Positions 39,040 to 47,082 of a DNA stretch of 47,082 nt are shown one piece after another. The translations under genes were made by a program, and so were the position numbers. The stretch spans positions 1-47,082 of IMG/VR virus record IMGVR_UViG_3300046055_000016; one strand, written 5' to 3'. Numbering within the stretch: position 1 is the first letter of the stretch; each line of letters opens with the position of its first letter. Under the pieces are notes generated by a model. The model did not search any database, had not been told where the DNA came from, and worked only from the letters and a program-made list of their open reading frames with translations. The DNA comes from a virus.

Positions 39040-40248
39040 ATGGCTGATCTCAACAGCGTCTCGCCGATGCTCAAGGAGGTATGGCCCGAGTCCTTCGAGA
39101 CGGCGTTCTCCAGCGAGATCGTCGCCCTGTCTCGCATCGAGCGCACCAGTGACGGCGTGCGCCAGGACGTGTCGGGCCGCTACACCGTCATCCCGCTGAA
39201 GGTCCGCCGCAACCAAGGCATTGGCTCGCGGCCTGAGCGTGGGGTGCTGCCCCTGCCGGGCAAGCAGGGCTATGTGGGCACCCGGGTCAAGCTGCAACAC
39301 CAGTACGTGGTCGGAGAGATCACGAGTCAAGCGCTGCTGCTGGCCGATCGCGAGCCGCGCTCGTTCATCAACACCCTGGACCAAGAGCTGTCGGGCATGC
39401 GCGACGACGCCATGAAGGACTACGCGCGCATGGTCTATGGCTTTCCCAACGGGCAGTTGGCCACGGTGCAGTCGGTCACAGGCGATGTGATCACCGTGGA
39501 CCGCATCCAGTACTTCGAGCTGGAGATGCGCTTGGACTCAGTCGACGAGGCCGGACCATCCGTCAACGCCGAGGGCATCGAGGTCACCGACATCAACACC
39601 AGCGCCAACGAGGTCACCGTCGATGACGCCACCGGCGTTGCGGCCGGCGACGTGCTGGTACGCACCGGCAACTACAACCAGGAGCTGACGGGCCTGCGCA
39701 CCCTGATCGACGACACCGAGCCCGTCCAGAACCTGGACCCGGCCAATGAGCCCAAGTGGGCGTCTCAGATCGTGGACAACGGCCCGGGCTCCTATTCGGA
39801 GCTAGAGGTCGTCACCGCCAACGACAAGGTGCGGCGCAACTCAGGGCAACAGGTCAGCGTGATGTTTACCGGCTTTGGGGTGCGTCGGGCCATCTTCAAC
39901 GACATGAAGTCCCAGCGGGAGTTCGTCAACACCATGGAGTTCGGCCAGGGCTTCTCGGCGCTGCCGTTCAACATCGGCGCCCAGACGATCCCCATCGTGG
40001 AGGACCCCGACTATCCCGAGGACCTGGATGCCGACACCGGCTCGATCCTTGGCATCGATGAGGGCAAGGTCAGCATCTGGCGCGAGGAGTCGGGCTGGCA
40101 CTTCGCCGAGGAGTCCGGGACCATGTTCATCCCGGCCCAAGACCGCTCGGATAGCTGGGAGTTTCGCATGCGCCACTTCTCCCAGCTGGGCATCACCCAG
40201 CGCAACAGCCACTTCCTCATCCGCAACGTCAACACCGTCAGCGCCTAG
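39040..40248 (+). CDS. Major capsid protein
   Basis: 402 aa, ATG at 39040 after AAAGGAAAG, located after the scaffold. Its size and sequence character are typical of HK97-fold capsid proteins. No search was run. Confidence 0.7.
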   Translation: MADLNSVSPMLKEVWPESFETAFSSEIVALSRIERTSDGVRQDVSGRYTVIPLKVRRNQGIGSRPERGVLPLPGKQGYVGTRVKLQHQYVVGEITSQALLLADREPRSFINTLDQELSGMRDDAMKDYARMVYGFPNGQLATVQSVTGDVITVDRIQYFELEMRLDSVDEAGPSVNAEGIEVTDINTSANEVTVDDATGVAAGDVLVRTGNYNQELTGLRTLIDDTEPVQNLDPANEPKWASQIVDNGPGSYSELEVVTANDKVRRNSGQQVSVMFTGFGVRRAIFNDMKSQREFVNTMEFGQGFSALPFNIGAQTIPIVEDPDYPEDLDADTGSILGIDEGKVSIWREESGWHFAEESGTMFIPAQDRSDSWEFRMRHFSQLGITQRNSHFLIRNVNTVSA

Positions 40249-40285
40249 CTCTCAATCCTTGAGAGTTCGTTGAGAGTGGTTGACG

Positions 40286-40813
40286 ATGAGCGTGGAGGCT
40301 GTTCGCCCACGTGGGGGCTCAGGCGAGCCCGCTGCACAGAGCTTGCTGTTGCCGGGAGACTGGAACCCGCTGCAACAAGGAAGACCGGGCGGGCTCGTCG
40401 AGCCCGTGGGCACCCATTGGGTCGAGCGCGATGTGCTGGGGGTTGCGCAGGAGGTCGCACAGCGGTGGCCGAACTTGCGTGTGGCCTCGTGTTCGTGCAA
40501 TCGCTGTCACGAGCAGGGGCACTACCCCCATGTCGTCGTCGAGCTGTGTCGTGACGGAAAGCAGCGCCCGGTCTTTGGCTTCTCGCATTTCGGGCGCCAC
40601 ATCATCGAGCGCCTTGAGGCCATCCACGTAGCCAATGAGCCCGACAAGCGGGCCGAGAAAGCCAACGAGCAGGCTAAGCGGGCCGCTCGCAAGCAGACCG
40701 ACGACAAGCGCCGGGCCGACCTGGAGGTCATCGAGGCGGCCCTGCGCTCGCCCAAGATCGACTGGAAAGGCCCGGCCGGTTTGCGGGCCGATGCGCATGC
40801 AAGGATCACCTAA
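40286..40813 (+). CDS. Hypothetical protein with a Cys/His cluster and a basic helical C-terminus
   Basis: CSCNRCHEQGHYPH, followed by a K/R/E-rich region. Confidence 0.5.
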   Translation: MSVEAVRPRGGSGEPAAQSLLLPGDWNPLQQGRPGGLVEPVGTHWVERDVLGVAQEVAQRWPNLRVASCSCNRCHEQGHYPHVVVELCRDGKQRPVFGFSHFGRHIIERLEAIHVANEPDKRAEKANEQAKRAARKQTDDKRRADLEVIEAALRSPKIDWKGPAGLRADAHARIT

Positions 40814-41487
40814 TGGCTGGCGGGTTGACCACCGACGAGGTCATCAAGCGCGCGCGGGGCCATTTCGGCGAGGAGACCCCGCTGACCGTGCAGGACACGG
40901 TCCTGCGTGAGTGGATCAACGACGCCATCAAGGATCTCTACGACCAGCTCCCGCCAACCGAGCTGCGTGGGTTCATCGCCAACGACACGCTCTCCATTGG
41001 CACTGACGGATCGGCTGATCTGCTGGATACTTGGGATCGCGTTCTTGAGATCCGCGACTCGGCGGGGGTGCCGCTGCACCTGGTCTCACCAGAGGTCGTG
41101 CGCGCGATTGACCTGGGCACGTTCTTCATGCCGGCCCAGACGGTCTATGCCCTTACCCGCAAGACGGTGCTGGTGCGCCCCTCCTCGGTGTCGACCATCT
41201 ACATCGACCACCAAGAGCCTCCCGCGTTGATCACCGCGGCCCAGACCGGTGACAACATCGAGACCCTGACCGGCCTCCATGCTCGCTGGCACAACGCGCT
41301 GGTCATTCGCATGGCTCAGTACATGTATGGCCAGGAAGAGGACTGGTCCAGCGCCCAGGCGTTCCAACAGACCTGGAACAGCCTCGTCCAATCGGCGTGG
41401 GACCAGTCGGGCTATCGAACCCCGGCCGAGGCCAGAGCGGGCGTGCCGCGCCACGACGGGATGGTGACCCAAGCCGGCTCGGAGTAG
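40813..41487 (+). CDS. Putative head-tail adaptor or connector protein
   Basis: 224 aa. Position after the capsid gene is the only evidence. Confidence 0.35.
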   Translation: MAGGLTTDEVIKRARGHFGEETPLTVQDTVLREWINDAIKDLYDQLPPTELRGFIANDTLSIGTDGSADLLDTWDRVLEIRDSAGVPLHLVSPEVVRAIDLGTFFMPAQTVYALTRKTVLVRPSSVSTIYIDHQEPPALITAAQTGDNIETLTGLHARWHNALVIRMAQYMYGQEEDWSSAQAFQQTWNSLVQSAWDQSGYRTPAEARAGVPRHDGMVTQAGSE

Positions 41488-41489
41488 CC

Positions 41490-42170
41490 ATGCAACTGGC
41501 CGAGATCGTGGCCCAGGCGATTGCTCAGGCGGTGGGGCCCTCTCAGCCCGAGCGGGCCGTGGATGTCAGCTACGAGTTCATCAAAGCGATGGTCAACAAG
41601 GGCTATCGCGAGATCGAGCGGGCCGCGACCTGGCGCTTCTCGGAAAGCGAATACGAGGCCAATGCGGTCGTGGGCCAGCGTGAGTTCTCGCTGCCCGACG
41701 ATGTCAATCTCATCCTGGGCGTGCGCAACGTCACGCTGCGGGCCAACCTGGACTACATCGACGAGCGCCAGGGTCAACCCGATTGGGGTACGCCCGGCAA
41801 CCCCTTGACGGGACGGGTCGAGGCCTACTCGTACTGGCGGGGCCAACTGCGGCTGTGGCCGGTGCCCAACAAGGCCGACCTTTTGCGGGTGCAGTACTAC
41901 AAGGTCTGGCCGCAGTTGGCCGCCGACGACGACGAGCCGATCTTTCCCGAGACGTGGCACTCGCTGCTGGTGGACTACGCCACCTCGGCGCTGATCCTGC
42001 GCATGCCGGCGGTCAACGGGCGCTATCTCTCCGAGAGCGAGGCGCGCCCGTTTACCGAGAGCTTCTGGCGCGACCTGGAGCGCATGAAGGCAAGCCGCCT
42101 GACGCAGACGATCGGCGACGAGGTCGTGTCCCACGACTTCGAGGCGTTGCTGGCCGAAGGGCACTGGTAA
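41490..42170 (+). CDS. Putative head-tail adaptor or tail-proximal structural protein
   Basis: ATG at 41490; 226 aa; called from position and general sequence character only. Confidence 0.35.
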   Translation: MQLAEIVAQAIAQAVGPSQPERAVDVSYEFIKAMVNKGYREIERAATWRFSESEYEANAVVGQREFSLPDDVNLILGVRNVTLRANLDYIDERQGQPDWGTPGNPLTGRVEAYSYWRGQLRLWPVPNKADLLRVQYYKVWPQLAADDDEPIFPETWHSLLVDYATSALILRMPAVNGRYLSESEARPFTESFWRDLERMKASRLTQTIGDEVVSHDFEALLAEGHW

Positions 42171-43723
42171 TGCCCGCTCAAGTCCAGCTCGTCTCGGAGT
42201 TTCAAGGGCTGTGGGCCGGCCGGCGCCGGCCACTGCACACCGACCGGCGCCCACTGAACACGCCCAGAGACATCACCAACATGCTGCCCGATGACAACAA
42301 CCACCTGTGGATGCCCCCCGCCCCCGATGGGGTGGAGGCAAACATCGGAGTTGGCCACATCTCACAGATCGTATGGTCGGTCATCGGCGGCTTTTTCGCC
42401 CAGCAGGGCAACAAGCTCTACGCCTCAGACCGCGATCCCAGCGAGGCCGACAACTTCACCTGGCACGAGATCATCTCGGATCTGTACTCCGATGAGACCG
42501 TGTGGGTGACTTCCTTTGGCTACGCCGAGCCCAATGTCACGCCCAGGGTCTATGTGGGAAACACCAGCCACACCTGGCGCATCGAGGCGACCGGGGCCAA
42601 CACCTGGGACGTGACCGATCTGACCTCGCAACTGGATGGCTTCCATGGCTGGGCCAGCTTCCAACACCTGGGCCGGCGCTGGGTGGCCCGCGATAGCCAG
42701 TTGATCTACTTCTCGGGGATCAATCAGCCAGAGAGCTTTACCGAGGAGGAGTTCATCAACGTCGGGGGTGGGAGCATCGGGAGTGATGCCTCCACCTTCC
42801 CAGGGGAGGTCACTGGCTTCTTTCTGTGGGAGACCAACCTCGGGATCATGTGTGCCGGCTCGATGTGGGTCCTCTCTGGGACCACGCTGGATACTTTCCA
42901 CCTGCGCCGTCTGCCGCATCAGATCGGCAGCCAGGGGCGCACGACGGCCCACTACAGCGACATTGGCCAGGGCATGGCCTTCCTTGGCGGTGAGCGCGAC
43001 GGGGCCATGGGCGTCTACGTCTTTCGCGGCTCGCGCCCACAAAAGATCAGCCAGCCCATCGACGAGTTCTTCCAGTCGTGGCAACTGGAGTACGACACGG
43101 TGCCGGCCGATCCCGAGCCCTATATCCGGGTTCGCGAGGCCCTGGGCCAGTACGCCATCGCAGCTCGATACCGCAACTACTACATCCTGTCGTTCTCACC
43201 GGCCGACGATCAGCGCCAGGTCTACATCCTCAACATCGACACCCAGAAGTGGACGACGTTCACCGGTTGGGGCAGCGAAGGCCCAGCGGTGGCGGTAGTC
43301 CACGACTACTACCACCCGCAGCGCCTACTCATTGGCACCGACGACGGCGACATTCACGAGGCCACCACGGCCTTTCCCCGCCGCCCGGGAGAAACGGCCT
43401 CGTTCGTGCTGGGCTGGTCCGATCAGGACCGCCCGTTGAGCTTACAGCGCTTCCTTGGCGTCAAGATCCATGGCTGGCACGTAGGCTCGGGCACGCCGAA
43501 GATCACCGTGGGCGCTGAGACCGACAACGCCGGCACAGCCTCGCGGGGCCCCTTCGATCTGCCCACGCAAGTCTTCGACGGGTTCGTCGTGCCCATCAAC
43601 GTGCGTGGGGCGGCCATCGAGCTGACCGTCACCATCACCCCGACGGCCGACGACGACGAGGTGTTGATCGAGGGGCTAGAGTTGATCACTTCCCGAAAAG
43701 GCGAGAAAATGAGTCGACAATAA
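42170..43723 (+). CDS. Putative tail (nozzle/tubular-type) structural protein
   Basis: TAATG overlap with the upstream gene; 517 aa; beta-rich; called from position. Confidence 0.35.
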   Translation: MPAQVQLVSEFQGLWAGRRRPLHTDRRPLNTPRDITNMLPDDNNHLWMPPAPDGVEANIGVGHISQIVWSVIGGFFAQQGNKLYASDRDPSEADNFTWHEIISDLYSDETVWVTSFGYAEPNVTPRVYVGNTSHTWRIEATGANTWDVTDLTSQLDGFHGWASFQHLGRRWVARDSQLIYFSGINQPESFTEEEFINVGGGSIGSDASTFPGEVTGFFLWETNLGIMCAGSMWVLSGTTLDTFHLRRLPHQIGSQGRTTAHYSDIGQGMAFLGGERDGAMGVYVFRGSRPQKISQPIDEFFQSWQLEYDTVPADPEPYIRVREALGQYAIAARYRNYYILSFSPADDQRQVYILNIDTQKWTTFTGWGSEGPAVAVVHDYYHPQRLLIGTDDGDIHEATTAFPRRPGETASFVLGWSDQDRPLSLQRFLGVKIHGWHVGSGTPKITVGAETDNAGTASRGPFDLPTQVFDGFVVPINVRGAAIELTVTITPTADDDEVLIEGLELITSRKGEKMSRQ

Positions 43724-43732
43724 GGGATAACC

Positions 43733-44050
43733 ATGGTTGCCGAAAAGTCCATCATCAACGCCGAGTCGGACTACTACCGCTACGGCCACACCTTTACCCC
43801 GCTGGGCTATGAGCAGTTCACCACCCTGGGTGCCCCAGTGACGTTGAACCCGCCAGAGGGGGCGCGCTTTGCCCTTATCCAGGCGGTCAACTCCAACGTG
43901 AGATGGCGTGATGACGGCACCAGCCCCACCGCCACCACCGGCATGCGCATCATCGTCGATGAGCAGATGACCTATCGTGGTCACTTGCACGTGATCGAGC
44001 TGGTCGAAGAAACAACCGGCGGCGAGATCAACGTCACCTACTACGGCTAG
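43733..44050 (+). CDS. Hypothetical small structural-module protein
   Basis: 105-aa ORF with GC3 bias. Confidence 0.5.
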   Translation: MVAEKSIINAESDYYRYGHTFTPLGYEQFTTLGAPVTLNPPEGARFALIQAVNSNVRWRDDGTSPTATTGMRIIVDEQMTYRGHLHVIELVEETTGGEINVTYYG

Positions 44051-44058
44051 GAACGGCT

Positions 44059-44553
44059 ATGCCACAGGTCGGCGAGCAAGAACGCGAACGAAAAAGCCGT
44101 CAAGGGGGTAGTGGCGGCGGCCAACAGGGCGCGGGTCGCCCCCAAGCCCCCTTCTTCGACCCGATGCTGTCCTACAACCAGCGTCGGCGCCAGTATAACC
44201 TGTCAACCGGTCGGGCCGATCGTCAGCTCCAGAGCGAGCGCATGATCCAAGACGCAAAGCTCATGCGCCCCTACATGGAGCGCCGCTTCGGCCAACAGCT
44301 CGAGGCAACAGCCGGGTCACTGGCCAACCGGGGGCTGACCGGCTCGGGGCTCATGGGCAAGAAGCTGGGCCAGGTGGCCCAGGATCAGGCGCGCCAGCGC
44401 GGCCAGTTCGAGCGCGAGCTGGCCCAGGGCCTGTCGGATCTGGGGCGCCAGGACGCCAGGCAAACCGCCGAGAGCGTCATGAGTGGCGCCGAGGACGTGC
44501 GCAGAGGCGCCGGGCGGGCAACTAAGCGCGCCGTCAACGCCTTGCCCTTCTAA
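44059..44553 (+). CDS. Hypothetical basic protein (internal virion protein candidate)
   Basis: 164 aa; R/Q/G-rich. Confidence 0.45.
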   Translation: MPQVGEQERERKSRQGGSGGGQQGAGRPQAPFFDPMLSYNQRRRQYNLSTGRADRQLQSERMIQDAKLMRPYMERRFGQQLEATAGSLANRGLTGSGLMGKKLGQVAQDQARQRGQFERELAQGLSDLGRQDARQTAESVMSGAEDVRRGAGRATKRAVNALPF

Positions 44554-44563
44554 GGGGGACTCA

Positions 44564-46072
44564 ATGGCTCGCAACCCCAACCGCGAGGTTCGCAAGAACC
44601 TGGTCCCGAGCGCAGAGCAGATGAGGGCCAGGGGTGGCTTTCTCATCGAGGACGAGGCTGGGCGACGGGCTCGCTTGAACGCCCAACCCAACACCCCACA
44701 GGGAGGGGGCTATCCCTACGCCGGCCAGCCCTTGCCAACTCAGCCCGGGGGCACCGCCGGGGTGCCAGTCTCGCCCACCCCTTCCGGTGGTGTGGATGCT
44801 GGCGGTGGCCAGCCGGATAACACCCGTCGGGCCCCGCCAACGCAGCCCAACTATGGCCTAGGCGAGCCCATGACCTCCACCACGGGCTATGGCGCCCCGC
44901 CGACCCAGCCCAACTACGGCATCGAGGGTGATCCGTCAGCAGTGGGCGATGAGGACCCCACGATGATGGACATGCTCCAATCCATGCTCGAGGAGCAACA
45001 GGCCCAGCAGGAAGAGATCAAGCGCCAGATCGGCGCCTCCTACGACAAGCAGAAGGAAGCGATCCTGGGCCAAAAGCCCATCATGAAGGAGGCCGCTCAG
45101 CGCACTCAGGGCAATATCGGCGACTTCTACGGCTATGCCGCCGAGCAGGCAAAGGCCGGTCGTGCACCCATCCAGCAGGCATACGTAGGTGCTCAAGCAA
45201 CAGCCGAGGAGGCCTACGGAGAAGCAAGAGAGCAAGTCGCTGGCACACCAGAGCAGTACGCCGAGCTGGCAAAGCAGGCCGGTGGTGCCGGTGCCGGTGA
45301 GGGCGTGGCCGAGCGGGTCGCCCAGGCAGCCGGGCCCTTCGATGCCGCCCTGGCCTCGGGGCAGGCATCGGTCAAGGGCAACCTGGCCCAAAGCCAGGCA
45401 GCCGGGGAGAGCTATCTGGGCCAGTTGGCTGCAGCCGCCCCCTCGGAGGCCGCCCAGCAGCAGGCCCAAGTGTCGACTGCGCTCAACCAGCAGTTGCAGG
45501 ACCTACAGCTCAAGGCTGCTCAACTGGAAGGTGAGAAGCAGCGCGCCATGCTCCAAGCCAGCAACGACGCCAGTGGCGATGTGTTCGACCGCATGATGAA
45601 GATGCAGCGCTTGGAGATGGCAAAGGAGAAGCACGAAAAGGAGATGGCCGAGGCCGAAAGGGGCGAGCAAGACCCCATGGCCGGCATGGACCTGCGCGAG
45701 CGCCTGAAAACTCGCAGGCTGCAACAGGAGATGACCGATCCCAGACAACAGGACAACCCCCAAGAGGCCCTGGACATGTTCCTCAACCAGCAGTTCGGTG
45801 ATCAGCCAAGCACCCAACAGATTTATGAGCAGCTTGCGGGGCTGGCCAACCAGCGCATCCAAGAACCGGATGCCTCACACGCTGGAGTCATCCAAGACCT
45901 AGTCAGTCAGCTCCAGGCTCCCGACCAGCGACAGGCCGTTGGCACTGAAGCCGATCCGCGCATGGGTCTGGCCAAGGAGCTGGGCTTGGACAGCCCCGCT
46001 CGGATCTATCGCCTCGATCCGGCCAAGGCGCGTCGAGCGATGCGCTTGCTCACGGGGGTCTACACCGAGTAG
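44564..46072 (+). CDS. Hypothetical coiled-coil protein (internal virion protein candidate)
   Basis: ATG at 44564 after AGGGGGA; 502 aa; P/G-rich N-terminus and a long Q/A/E-rich helical region. Confidence 0.5.
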   Translation: MARNPNREVRKNLVPSAEQMRARGGFLIEDEAGRRARLNAQPNTPQGGGYPYAGQPLPTQPGGTAGVPVSPTPSGGVDAGGGQPDNTRRAPPTQPNYGLGEPMTSTTGYGAPPTQPNYGIEGDPSAVGDEDPTMMDMLQSMLEEQQAQQEEIKRQIGASYDKQKEAILGQKPIMKEAAQRTQGNIGDFYGYAAEQAKAGRAPIQQAYVGAQATAEEAYGEAREQVAGTPEQYAELAKQAGGAGAGEGVAERVAQAAGPFDAALASGQASVKGNLAQSQAAGESYLGQLAAAAPSEAAQQQAQVSTALNQQLQDLQLKAAQLEGEKQRAMLQASNDASGDVFDRMMKMQRLEMAKEKHEKEMAEAERGEQDPMAGMDLRERLKTRRLQQEMTDPRQQDNPQEALDMFLNQQFGDQPSTQQIYEQLAGLANQRIQEPDASHAGVIQDLVSQLQAPDQRQAVGTEADPRMGLAKELGLDSPARIYRLDPAKARRAMRLLTGVYTE

Positions 46073-46081
46073 GGGGCGGCG

Positions 46082-47082
46082 ATGGCCCATATCACCGATA
46101 AGGGTGGCGACAGCAACGGCATCACGATGGGCCAGCGTCGCCAGCTCGACCCTTCCAAGCCGGCGGATCCCAGCGAGGGTGTGTCGGGCTTTCTGGGCAA
46201 CCTGGCAAGCGATGCCAGTGGGGTGCTGTCCAAGCTGCCCCGGGCGGCCTATGAGGTTGGCTCGGCCGTGGGCGGCGACATCGCCCAGATTGATACCAAC
46301 ATCTTCGAGGAGATCGAAGGCGGCGACGCCGACTGGCAGTTGGACACGTGGAACAAGCTCGCCGAGCCCATCCTGACCGAGTCGGTGCCCAAAACCGCCA
46401 ACGTGCTCTCTGGCGGTCAGATCGACTTCTGGCAAGAGATCGCCGAAGGTGGCGGCCTTGGCGAGGCCATGACAGCCCAAAAAGAGTTCCAAGAAGAAAC
46501 GCTGCGCAACTTCTACGAACGCCCCGCCAGTTTCACACTTGAGCACCTGGGCAACGTCTCGTTGGTCAGCAGCGGTGCCGGCGCAGCCCTCGGTAAGGCC
46601 GCTGCTGGCGCCAGCGCTCGCGCTGGTGGCCCAGCAGCACGCACGGGCGGCATCACCGGCGCCAAAAAGGCCGCACGCGTCCAACGCAAGGCTGACTTGA
46701 AAGAAGGCAAGGCGCCCACGACCTCGCCTCGGCGCGCCCGCCAAGAGGTCTTGCGCGAAATCGAGCAGCAAGGCGGCCGGGCTGGCTCACTGGCCAAGGC
46801 CAGCCGGTTGAGCAGCCGCACCATTGGGCGTCCCTACTCTGCGGCCGCGCGCAAGGCCGTGGGCACCAAGATCCCCGGCCTGGGTGGGCGCTATACCGAC
46901 GTTGACACCGAGACGGGAGAGCCAACAAGACCTCGGGGTCCGCTTGGCTCACGTGGTGGGGGGACCGGCCCAACGGGAACTGGTGCGGGCGTAGCCGCAG
47001 CCGGCTCGTTAGCTGACATGACGCTGACCGGCGGCGTGGGCGGCGCCGTGGCGGGCACGTTGCTGTCGGCCCGACGCGCCGG
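46082..47082 (+). CDS. N-terminal part of a large Gly/Ala-rich virion protein; open at the contig end
   Basis: The ATG at 46082 lies 9 nt after the upstream TAG. No stop occurs before the end of the window (333 codons plus 2 nt). The ORF is absent from the track, presumably because it lacks a stop. Confidence 0.6.
   Translation, partial: MAHITDKGGDSNGITMGQRRQLDPSKPADPSEGVSGFLGNLASDASGVLSKLPRAAYEVGSAVGGDIAQIDTNIFEEIEGGDADWQLDTWNKLAEPILTESVPKTANVLSGGQIDFWQEIAEGGGLGEAMTAQKEFQEETLRNFYERPASFTLEHLGNVSLVSSGAGAALGKAAAGASARAGGPAARTGGITGAKKAARVQRKADLKEGKAPTTSPRRARQEVLREIEQQGGRAGSLAKASRLSSRTIGRPYSAAARKAVGTKIPGLGGRYTDVDTETGEPTRPRGPLGSRGGGTGPTGTGAGVAAAGSLADMTLTGGVGGAVAGTLLSARRA
47028..47082. repeat. Right copy of the perfect 55-nt inverted terminal repeat
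   Basis: Exact reverse complement of bases 1-55. Confidence 0.95.

Noticed and set aside
31329-46771. Long minus-strand ORFs in the virion arm (31329..32012, 34357..35097, 36639..37256, 41412..42254, 42425..43084, 45899..46771)
   Set aside because: All lie antisense to genes with recognisable motifs or consistent operon structure. Their composition and lack of translation signals indicate non-coding frames kept open by GC richness.
1-47082. tRNA, rRNA, CRISPR arrays, integrase/repressor lysogeny module, single-subunit RNA polymerase
   Set aside because: I looked for cloverleaf-type GTTCGA-containing segments, regularly spaced direct repeats, tyrosine or serine recombinase motifs and T7-type RNAP motifs. 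None was convincing by eye. A tRNA scanner and HMM searches would be needed to exclude them formally.

Overview
This GC-rich 47.1 kb window, with strong GC3 bias, looks like a nearly complete tailed-phage genome, probably podovirus-like. No tape measure, tube or sheath gene is recognisable, and I found no tRNA, rRNA, CRISPR array, integrase or RNA polymerase gene. There are two divergent transcription units. The leftward early and replication arm runs on the minus strand from about 21773 down to 4161. It carries many small genes, an RHH regulator, a prim-pol/helicase, an SNF2 helicase, a family A DNA polymerase, a Cas4-like PD-(D/E)XK nuclease, a Sak4-like ATPase, an SSB-like protein and a VRR-NUC nuclease. 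The rightward virion arm runs on the plus strand from 22707, off the right end, and resumes from base 1 to 4193. It carries tail-fibre-like genes, a LamG/propeller fibre, terS, a split terL, the portal, a lysis cassette, scaffold, major capsid, adaptor and tail genes, internal proteins and a giant virion protein. Observations most worth follow-up: (1) An HNH endonuclease gene lies in the +1 frame of a ~140-codon AT-richer insertion between polymerase motifs A and B, yet the polymerase frame stays open through it. (2) terL is split into ATPase and lid/nuclease ORFs by a 184-nt spacer that holds its own SD-led 56-codon ORF. (3) The contig ends are a perfect 55-nt inverted repeat that cuts an apparently single ~1712-codon gene. 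(4) A conserved ~25-nt motif occurs five times in early intergenic spacers. (5) Both divergent promoters place a TACGyT -10 box 6 nt upstream of an ATG, which suggests leaderless mRNAs. (6) AACGTT-core operator-like boxes are shared by the two large non-coding regions. (7) AT-richer patches sit over the NTPase and polymerase motifs of several essential genes. All functional calls come from motif recognition by eye; no database search was run.
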